Positions 1-8,220 of a stretch of 64,000 nucleotides of DNA are shown here, in pieces. The notes under the pieces are model-generated. The model was given only the letters and a program-made list of their open reading frames with translations. It was not told where the DNA came from and did not search any database. The position numbers and the translations under genes are program-made. The first letter of the stretch is position 1. Each line of letters begins with the position of its first letter. The stretch covers positions 5,394,001 to 5,458,000 of the forward strand of contig OZ286460.1 in the NCBI GenBank assembly GCA_965644265.1, in the 5' to 3' direction. The stretch is from Glycera tridactyla. Its lineage: Eukaryota.

Positions 1-1
1 A

Positions 2-811
2 TTGAAAGGGAAACTCCGAGGTACTGCTATCTTTGTCAAGGAGCACCTGACACCCTCAAATAGCCATATTTACTTTCAAACACGTGAAGCGAGAAAATAT
101 GGGATTCTCGACCATACCTGGTCTGAAAATGGGAAAATATGGGTTGTTGAGGCACAGAATGATGAACCAAAAATAATAAAAGACACCTCAGTGCTCATTA
201 CTGCTATAGACGATGCCAAAGCCAGAGGTGTCTCCCCGAGGACAAACTTCCCACCCCGCCCCCCTCGTAGCTCTAATCGTCATGACAGAAATCAACAATA
301 CTCGCGGCGTGATGACATGAGATCCCTAGATCGCCGTGGTGGGGGTCAACCTCAAGAAAATATGATACACAATGGCTATAATAGCAATTACGCCTCAGAA
401 TACCCGAACTTGCCCCTTAGGAATCAAAGTGCACCCATGTCAAATGAAAATCGAAGCACATCAGCCCAGTTGCCTATTGAAATTAGACTCAACCAACTTG
501 CTAACCAGTCCCAACCAATGGAATGTGACAATTACCTGCCTCGCTCCACTGGTTGTGAGAGACCCCCCCGGCCACCAAATTTGAGCAGCTATGCTAGCAG
601 AAGCAACAATGTAGGTCAACAAAATACCCTCTCATACCCACCACCATTACCACCACCACAAGAAGGCACATATGCACATGCACCAATGCAAATTCCTTCG
701 GCGAACTTCTACCCGCCCCCGCCCCAACCTGCCCCAGTCCAATATCCGCCAACGTACAATCGATACCATCCACTCGCTGGCTGGAACCCACAATATTCGC
801 CGTACTCATGA
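2..811 (+). CDS. ORF1 (nucleic-acid chaperone/gag-like) of a CR1/L2/Crack-group LINE; 5' part lies outside the window
   Basis: The N-terminal segment IFVKEHLTPSNSHIYFQTREARKYGILDHTWSENGKIWV matches the I(Y/F)INEHLT...W..NGKI motif known from L2/Crack/Kiri ORF1 proteins and baculovirus FP25K-like domains. It is followed by about 190 aa of Pro/Gln/Asn/Arg-rich low-complexity sequence and stops at TGA 809-811. The frame is open from the window edge. Confidence 0.7.
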   Translation: MKGKLRGTAIFVKEHLTPSNSHIYFQTREARKYGILDHTWSENGKIWVVEAQNDEPKIIKDTSVLITAIDDAKARGVSPRTNFPPRPPRSSNRHDRNQQYSRRDDMRSLDRRGGGQPQENMIHNGYNSNYASEYPNLPLRNQSAPMSNENRSTSAQLPIEIRLNQLANQSQPMECDNYLPRSTGCERPPRPPNLSSYASRSNNVGQQNTLSYPPPLPPPQEGTYAHAPMQIPSANFYPPPPQPAPVQYPPTYNRYHPLAGWNPQYSPYS

Positions 812-845
812 AACTTTGTTATCGAATCCGATTCATTACGATAAC

Positions 846-1778
846 ATGGCAGGTAATGCATCGAACAGGATTCCGATCTATATGGATGTCTTTAATCCTC
901 GATTGAATACACCACTTGAGGTGGATGACTCTGACTTGAATTCGGCGTGGAGCGTTCTCCACCCCCCTGTGGACTACGACCGCATGTACACGGCAGCATA
1001 TTGGACTCGCCTATACGGACCACCAAAACTAGTCTTTATTGGAGCGAGCCATGCCTATCATTTCGCCCAGCTTAGATATGCACCAAACACACCACTCTCT
1101 ATCAAGAACATTTTCAGTAACAGCAAATTCGTGGCGGTAGGTGGTATGAAGTGGTCGTCTGCTCAGGACAATCTAAACGGAGTTTTCACTAGCGAGGCTA
1201 AGTCTGTAAAATATGGGAACCCTTGGTTGAACTTCCATGCATGTATGAACAACGAGTACCCTACCACTGAACCACATCATGGCATCATATGCCTTGGCTC
1301 AAACGATATGGACGATTTTGACGCCTCATTGCGACAGCTAAAAACCACAAAAAGTAGTCTTGATCTGAATTCGAGAATAGAAATTCATATGCAGAGCTGG
1401 TTCAACCAACTCACGCCTTTGATTAAGTCTGTCATCAACTACATATCAGCACACATCCCAGGTAGCAAGTTGGCATATATTCCAGTCATGCCGAGAATCT
1501 GGTGGCTTCCTGAAACACGAACATTATGCAATCGCATTGATTACTATATCACCATAACCATGGCCCGGCAAGGTGGTAAACATGTCAAAATTCTAAAAAC
1601 CCCATCGCTTTACATAAAAAAATCTGGTAACGAATATAGTGTAATCAACCCTGCCTTCATGCAATCAGACAACCTACATCTAAACTGGTGGGGTTTTGAG
1701 GCACTGGCTAGAGATATCGGTATTCCTATGCAGCAACATGTTGCCTGCACTCAAAAACAGATCTACCCAGGTTATTAG
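846..1778 (+). CDS. SGNH/GDSL-family esterase ORF of the retroelement
   Basis: All four SGNH blocks occur in order: LVFIGASH (block I, catalytic Ser), FVAVGG (II), IICLGSND (III) and DNLHLNWWG (V, Asp/His). The frame is open from 672, but the ATG at 846 (context aacATGG, 34 nt after the ORF1 stop) is the more plausible start. SGNH esterases are established in CR1/L2/RTEX ORF1 proteins. Confidence 0.75.
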   Translation: MAGNASNRIPIYMDVFNPRLNTPLEVDDSDLNSAWSVLHPPVDYDRMYTAAYWTRLYGPPKLVFIGASHAYHFAQLRYAPNTPLSIKNIFSNSKFVAVGGMKWSSAQDNLNGVFTSEAKSVKYGNPWLNFHACMNNEYPTTEPHHGIICLGSNDMDDFDASLRQLKTTKSSLDLNSRIEIHMQSWFNQLTPLIKSVINYISAHIPGSKLAYIPVMPRIWWLPETRTLCNRIDYYITITMARQGGKHVKILKTPSLYIKKSGNEYSVINPAFMQSDNLHLNWWGFEALARDIGIPMQQHVACTQKQIYPGY

Positions 1779-1969
1779 CATGGAAATGTAGCTTCCATGT
1801 GTATATGAACATGCACGTGCAATTATTAGAGCTTTGCAAAATGGTTATGTTGAGCAACATCATGTGTACTACCATTCTTGGAGTAATTTGTATGCAAAAA
1901 TGAAATTTTGTGCCTTGAAATGAACTGTGTCACTCGTATCTAATGTGAGACACTGTTCTCTAGTGAATG

Positions 1970-2450
1970 CGTGCGAATGCGTGGTGGGTATGTGTGTGTG
2001 CGTGAGCACATATGAATGTGAGTGGATGTGTTAGTGTGCATGTATGGGTGCGTGTGTGTGTGAGTGGGAACGTATGTTGGTGTGGACATGTTTGTATGTG
2101 TGCACGCATGGATTTGTACTGGATCTCGCTATCGGAATGCTATCGATATTCCTATGCAACAGCATGTTGCCTGCGCTCAGAACCAGACCTTCCCAGGTTA
2201 TGTACTACAATTTTTGAAGTAATTTGTATGCAAAATATGATTTATTGATGCATGTGCCCCTGCCAAACTCATGGGAAGGTTCAACTCACCGCCTTAAATG
2301 AAATCATGTGCTCGAGTGGGTGGGTATGTGTGTGGGTGTGTAGGCGTATGCAAGTAAGAATGTGAGTGAATGTGTTAGCATACATGTGTGTGTGTGTACA
2401 TGTGTGTGTGGGTGCGTGTGTTGGTGTGACGCGTGTGTATGTGTGTGCGT
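1970..2450. repeat. Two degenerate (GT/TG)-rich tracts, part of a roughly 400 bp tandem duplication
   Basis: TG-rich runs at about 1970-2110 and 2310-2450. Each follows a copy of the esterase 3' end and a shared AT-rich segment. Confidence 0.8.
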
Positions 2451-3485
2451 ATGGAATTATATAGCATCTAATGAGTGTGCATGAAAACCAATCTCGATGG
2501 GACCAGACATGCCGCATATGCTATAGTGGCAGCGCCATCTCGTGCAATTAAGTAGAACAACAAGCACATGTGCATGACATCTAATGGAAAGATCCTGACT
2601 GACTCGTAGTTGTCCCGGTGATAGTAGGGAACAACCCTCACGTAAAACTAGCTATTTTTTGTATGTTGACCGGAGGCAGCCTTACTGGGCCCCCACCCCA
2701 CTTTTGGCATAATTGCCCAAATTTCTTGTCTGTATTTATTTCTGTAAATAGTCTTGAAACTGGTGGTGGTCTACATGAGAAATGTTATTGTCACAGTCAG
2801 TCACTATTTTATTTACCAATTCGCCTCCGCCCCCACCTGTCCCAAAGGTTGTTTCACGGATTTGTTGCACATTACATCTACGATTGTATGAGAAGGGATA
2901 ACTGTGCCTATGATTCTGTACTATCAATTAGCCCACCTATGCATTTATCTATCTATATATTGACAAAACCTAAATGCCTCTCAGCTACTTGATTACTATT
3001 GATATAAACCGCATATCTGCTTTCTTGATTGTTTGAACACAGCCTATTCCTTGTTTGTACCCATAACCGGAACATGAACCAACCTCTGTGCCTCTTGATG
3101 AGAAACATGCAACTGTCTTCGATTCTACTATCCTCAACTCCTATCAAGCACTGAAATGGTATATATTCCGAAGTTGTAGGCATCTCTTGACTGTAGTATA
3201 TCCATCTTGCTGTATCTGGTATCACTGACGAGAAATATGAACCTGTTTAATTAATTAATCTCATTTATTTTGGATTCTTCCATTCCTTGTGAAAAATAAC
3301 TGTACATAAAATCGAGATATTGTCTATAATTATGCTTACGCAAATCATTGCTTGTAAAATACTTTATATGTCTATTGTGTTATTCATTTATTTATTTATT
3401 TATTTATTTTCTGATGATTGCTTGATGCTATTGCTTGATGCTTGATGCTTGATCCACACCACTCAATGTTGATAATGGACTCGAT

Positions 3486-4107
3486 GGGAATAACCCTTAC
3501 TGGGCACCCATTCTCTGATCATTCATTCATACTATATGCTATTGATTACTGACTATACGGGAATAACTCTCACTGGGCATCTATTCCCTATGCTAAAATG
3601 AATGTAAACCAGATGTTGCCCATATCTATGTTCATGCAATTTGCTTCTTGAGAAACAGATTATATATCTACTGCTTCTTTTGCCCACTGCTTGTACTATC
3701 CCATTCAATGCCAAATAATTACTTGATGGGAACAACCCTTACTGGGCACCCACTCTCTACTTATTTATTCACTCTACTAACTGTTGATTATTGATTGAAT
3801 TAGATTGTTTCATGTGATGTATTTTAATTGTGTCTTAATATGTACTGAAAATTTTGCTAGTATATACGGGAACAACCCTTACTGAGCACCCATCTCTTAC
3901 ATGTCTTCGAGTGAATGTATATCACTCACCAGGTAAAAAAATTGGGGATAACCCTTACTGGGCACCCAAAGATGAGCTACTGTTCTGTTTTGGTGTACTG
4001 AGCTATTATCTACACATATTGACTTTTGCAGTGATTATTGCATGCTTGGGACCATCACTCAACATGATGTTAGAGATGACCGGAACAACCCTTACTGGGC
4101 ACCGGTC
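3486..4107 (+). repeat. Array of six 25-nt motifs (GGG-AAYAA-CCC-TTACT-GGG-CA-CCCA) separated by unique 48-144 bp spacers
   Basis: Copies read at 3486-3510, 3559-3583, 3728-3752, 3868-3892, 3944-3968 and 4081-4105. Partial or degenerate copies lie at 2627-2641 and 2668-2694. Confidence 0.92.
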
Positions 4108-4236
4108 TGCCAGACGCTATTCACATGCATCTTGACCAGTAAATGAATACAAATTCTCCTCACGTCACTACCAACACACCTTTATGGTAAATGGAAATAT
4201 CTTGCCCCTAGCACAGAAATCCCCCTGCATCCGGAC

Positions 4237-4262
4237 CTGATTTCTCTTTCCCCACCCCCAGG
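4237..4262 (+). promoter_or_regulatory. Putative 3' splice acceptor just upstream of the RT ORF
   Basis: CTGAT (branch-like, 4237-4241), then TTTCTCTTTCCCCACCCCC, then AG at 4260-4261 in CAG|G context. The ATG is at 4271, with an in-frame TAA at 4265-4267. Confidence 0.45.
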
Positions 4263-4270
4263 TATAATAC

Positions 4271-7189
4271 ATGGTAGGTACGAACCTATCATCCTCGAAC
4301 ATATCTAAGACTGTACAAACTCTGTCCGGACTCAAAGGCATTTCCGTTGCTTCCCTAAATATTAGAAGTGTCATCAACAAGTTAGATTCTGTCAAGCTAC
4401 TTCTAACCCGATCCAAGCTTGACTTACTAGTCCTCACCGAGACATTCCTCAATGACAAGATCTCCACCTCTGAACTTCATATCCCTGGCTTTAAAACACA
4501 TCGATGTGATCGAAATAATGCTATTGGAAAGAAAAGTGGTGGCGGCATCCTCGTCTACTCCCGGGATAAGTATGAAGTTGAAGAAATCCTGGTTGATAAA
4601 CCAGATATTGCAGATATTGAATGTCATTGGCTGAAATTGTCCCTACCCCGGGCAAAGGACACAATAATTGGGGCATGTTATAGGCCACCATCCGGTGATC
4701 TGAATATGGCTATTGAACATCTAGAACTAAGTCTGGGCCTAGTCACCTCGCATAGAAATGAAGATATTATAATTCTTGGAGACATGAATATTGATATGTC
4801 CTCACCGAGAAAAACACCAGGTCCATATAAAGACTTCCTCAAAACAGAGAACTTGACACAGCTAATTAAGGAGCCCACCCGTGTGGCTAAATTCAGTGCC
4901 ACCACTATAGACCATATATGTGTCAACAGGCCAGAGCTCTACGAGACAAATGGAATAGTTGAACTTGGTCTGAGCGACCATGCACTGGTTTTTGCCTCTA
5001 GAAAATACAAGAAACTGCCCCATGCTCGGGATAACATTTGGATTAGATGTAGGAGGAAATACAATGAAGCAGAATTTATCAAAGACATTGCCAATACATC
5101 TTGGCAAAGTGTCATCGATGCAAGTGACGTTGATACTGCGACGGCTGAATTTAATAAAATTCTCCTAGCAATCATAGATAAGCATATGCCTCTACGGAAA
5201 ATTAATGTTCGATCTGACAGTGCCCCGTGGGTTGATAGAATGTACTTGAGCTATGTGGACAGGCGCGAATATCTATCTCGCCTATGTCGCAAATCGCCTA
5301 ATGATAGTACTATCCTTCATCTGAAAAAACAAGCAATCAGAGATTGCAACAAGCTCAAGAGGCAACTGAAATCAGCATACATCGACAAGAAAATAGACAT
5401 ACACAAGGATGACGAGAAAAAACTCTGGCGAGAAATACGAAAAATATTACCCAACAGTGGAGATAATTGCAAAATCAAGAACATCCATGGCCATACTGAT
5501 GATAAAAGCATAGCTGAAGAATTGAATAGACACTTCTGTAACGTAGCCAAAAATCTGGTTGAAAATATACCGCCTACCAACTCTCCAATATTCGACTACT
5601 CGTGTCCCCCTATTTTTGATCTGAGGCCATGCTCAATCCAGGATGTGGTAGAATCTATAAAAGGGCTATCCAACTCTCAGGCTTCAGCTGATGATAATAT
5701 AACATCTGCAGTACTTAAAGCAGCCATAATACCACTCAGTCATATCATATTGCATATAATAAATAAAAGCATCATCACCAAGACGTATCCTAAATCCTGG
5801 AAGATTGCCAATGTCAGGCCACTATATAAAGCAGGAGCACATGACCAGGCGACAAATTACAGACCCATATCTATCCTGCCCACCTTGAGCAAGGTCATGG
5901 AGCGCATAGTACACACGCAACTCTCTGATCATTTAACTTCCAATGGCATACTTAGTAATGCACAATCGGGGTTCAGGAAGGGATACTCCACGGGCACCTG
6001 CCTCATGTCATTTCTACATGAAATCTATATAGCCATAAATAAAGGAGATGCCTGTGGAGCCCTCTTTCTGGACCTCGCGAAAGCTTTTGACACGGTGGAC
6101 CATCTAACCTTAGAATCAAAACTTCGCTCCATTGGATGTAAGGCGTCTACTGTCAGTTGGTTCAGGTCCTATCTCTCGAATCGCAAACAGAAAACATTAG
6201 TGAATGACACAAGCTCAGCAACAATGCATATGGAGTATGGAGTCCCCCAAGGCTCCATACTCGGACCGTTATTATTTTCAATATATGTCAATGATATTAC
6301 AAACTCAATTAACCATGGCTCTCCATTTCTCTATGCGGATGACACGGCAATCCTGTGCACCGCCAAGGATCCGCAGCGAGTAGCGGAACTATTGAGTGAG
6401 GATCTCAACTCACTAGACAAGTGGTTTAATGCCAATAAGCTTACACTAAATGCTTCCAAGACTAAGCTCATGTTTTTTGGTACGCGCCCTAATGTCAACA
6501 AGTCAATAACTGTAACAATGTCACTGAAAAATATTCCATTAGAGAAGCCCGACAAGTTTAAGTATCTAGGACTAATACTAGACTCCACCCTCACCTTCAA
6601 AGAGCATGTGACCGCAGTTGTGAACAAGATTACTCGCAAAACAGGCACCCTTTGGAGACTACGACCATATATGAGTAAAGATTTAAGCCTGAAATTGTAC
6701 AAATCTCTAATTGCTCCTCATTTTGCATATGTAGATTTCATATATGATGCTGCTCTCGGGACCCAAAAAAGACGCCTACAGATTGCCCAGACCCGTGCTC
6801 TGAGATGTGTCGAGAATTGTGACCGTCTAACTCCAGGCCTCCTTGTCCACAAATCGACCAAAGTGAAATATCTACAAAATGACAGAGATACACGAACATT
6901 GACTGAAATCCACAAGATTGTACTCGGTCTGGGTCCCTCTACCTTACATGACAATATACAGTTTTCAAGGCAGACATATCATAACACTAGGACCAGTCAG
7001 AAATCCATGTTATCAGTTACAAGACATAACAACAAACTCTCACAAGGTGATATCTTCCACAGAGGTGTCAAGTTATGGAATGCCTTGCCAGAAGAAGCAA
7101 AAATCTTGGACACAATATCCAAGTTCAAGTACTATTTGAAAATGAAAAAGCCAACTGAGGACATCAGCACATATACCCTCCAAAAATGA
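4271..7189 (+). CDS. ORF2: AP-endonuclease plus reverse transcriptase (972 aa, uninterrupted), CR1/L2/Crack/Daphne group
   Basis: APE motifs SLNIRS, LTETFL, GGGILVY, CYRPP, GDMNID, EPTRV, TIDHI and SDH. RT motifs NYRPISILP, QSGFR, FLDLAKAFDTVDH, GVPQGSILGPLLF, YADD and KYLG. No stops or frameshifts. Confidence 0.95.
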   Translation: MVGTNLSSSNISKTVQTLSGLKGISVASLNIRSVINKLDSVKLLLTRSKLDLLVLTETFLNDKISTSELHIPGFKTHRCDRNNAIGKKSGGGILVYSRDKYEVEEILVDKPDIADIECHWLKLSLPRAKDTIIGACYRPPSGDLNMAIEHLELSLGLVTSHRNEDIIILGDMNIDMSSPRKTPGPYKDFLKTENLTQLIKEPTRVAKFSATTIDHICVNRPELYETNGIVELGLSDHALVFASRKYKKLPHARDNIWIRCRRKYNEAEFIKDIANTSWQSVIDASDVDTATAEFNKILLAIIDKHMPLRKINVRSDSAPWVDRMYLSYVDRREYLSRLCRKSPNDSTILHLKKQAIRDCNKLKRQLKSAYIDKKIDIHKDDEKKLWREIRKILPNSGDNCKIKNIHGHTDDKSIAEELNRHFCNVAKNLVENIPPTNSPIFDYSCPPIFDLRPCSIQDVVESIKGLSNSQASADDNITSAVLKAAIIPLSHIILHIINKSIITKTYPKSWKIANVRPLYKAGAHDQATNYRPISILPTLSKVMERIVHTQLSDHLTSNGILSNAQSGFRKGYSTGTCLMSFLHEIYIAINKGDACGALFLDLAKAFDTVDHLTLESKLRSIGCKASTVSWFRSYLSNRKQKTLVNDTSSATMHMEYGVPQGSILGPLLFSIYVNDITNSINHGSPFLYADDTAILCTAKDPQRVAELLSEDLNSLDKWFNANKLTLNASKTKLMFFGTRPNVNKSITVTMSLKNIPLEKPDKFKYLGLILDSTLTFKEHVTAVVNKITRKTGTLWRLRPYMSKDLSLKLYKSLIAPHFAYVDFIYDAALGTQKRRLQIAQTRALRCVENCDRLTPGLLVHKSTKVKYLQNDRDTRTLTEIHKIVLGLGPSTLHDNIQFSRQTYHNTRTSQKSMLSVTRHNNKLSQGDIFHRGVKLWNALPEEAKILDTISKFKYYLKMKKPTEDISTYTLQK

Positions 7190-7535
7190 ACTAGTTTGTT
7201 GTCACAAACTTCCTATTGAGCTAGACAAACTGATATCAGAACTCATAGATAAGTAATCATATGTCAAATAGTCCACATCTATATCTGCCATTGTACCTTC
7301 CTCACCTATAAACTAGTATCAGAACTCATGGACAACTGGTCATATGTTACATCGTTTTACACCTATATCTGCCATTGTACTTTGCTCACTTACCCTGGCT
7401 TATGTACACTGTATGTTTTTGTATATAACCTGCTTGTACATATTGTATATACATTATGTTCTCGTCTGTACTGAATGCATCTGGTATTCAGATATTGTAC
7501 AGTAAAGAGAGGAAATAAAGAATTCAAAAAAAAAA

Positions 7536-8220
7536 TACCCCGGAATTACGTCATGAATAGCTCTGATAAATTATACAAATCGGCTTTTTTCTCGTTATTG
7601 ATCATGTGATGAATGGTGGTCAAAATGGCGGAAAACAACCGGATGGTTATACAGGCATTGTTTTCATCACATTTATGGTGAATATGTCAGGATTTTCTAC
7701 CAAACGATCATCAAACGTGCCATTAGATTTGATACTTGTGTATCTGGGACTATTAATTGACATCCAGCAAGTATTTATGGCGTTTTGAGAGCGATCAGCA
7801 GTTATGAAAAAGATCGTTTTCAGCATCCGTCTTCAACCAGTCAACAATGGCGTCTGTACTCGTGTCTGATTCTGTGTTATAAAAATATCAATTTCTCAAG
7901 AACCACGCAATGAATCGACTAACGGCTTATGGCATGGTAAATTAAATAATAAAGCTGACAAATGGTCCGCATCACTAAACTTTTATTTGTTGGGGAACCT
8001 TGTCAAATTTGATGATATTAAGACGTGTTTTTGTTGGTTCTTTCGAAATCCAAGATGGCGGCGGCCGCTAGCGAGCCCTTACCCTGCTTACCTGCTCACA
8101 GGTCTTCGTTCACGTTGACATGTGGCTCTGACGAAATTCATACTCGCATATAAGCCGCCCCCCTGCTTTTCCCCCGATTTTTTGTCGTCAAAAAATGGGC
8201 TTATATGCACGTATATACGG
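7536..8220. mobile_element. Right part of a Tc2/pogo-like non-autonomous DNA transposon, truncated by the LINE insertion
   Basis: Collinear and highly similar to about 17183-17833. It ends in GGCTTATATGCACGTATATACGG followed by TA (8221-8222), and its left end abuts the LINE poly(A). Confidence 0.8.

Larger units (their letters stand above)
1..7535 (+). mobile_element. Non-LTR retrotransposon (ORF1 + esterase ORF + 2.5 kb spacer + APE-RT + 3' UTR + poly(A)); 5' end outside the window
   Basis: Three co-oriented TE-type ORFs, AATAAA at 7514-7519 and A10 at 7526-7535, after which an unrelated repeat begins abruptly. That the two upstream ORFs belong to the same element as the RT is inferred from their order and orientation. 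Confidence 0.7.

Noticed and set aside
672-845. N-terminal extension of the esterase ORF from ATG 672
   Set aside because: It overlaps the ORF1 coding sequence and looks like an alternative-frame read of it. ATG 846 has the better context. It is kept only as a possible frameshift route.
3486-4105. CRISPR array call for the repeat-spacer pattern
   Set aside because: The context is eukaryotic, no cas genes are present, spacers vary from 48 to 144 bp and the repeats are degenerate. It is reported as a structured motif array instead.
4190-4270. 2A-like (DxExNPGP) peptide upstream of ORF2, as found in some CR1/L2 elements
   Set aside because: The nearest resemblance (EIPLHP-D) lacks the NPGP consensus and is out of frame with the RT. 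The RT frame has stops at 4238 and 4265.
4168-7139. Short antisense and alternative-frame ORFs overlapping the RT ORF
   Set aside because: These are shadow ORFs of a long coding sequence with no recognisable motifs.
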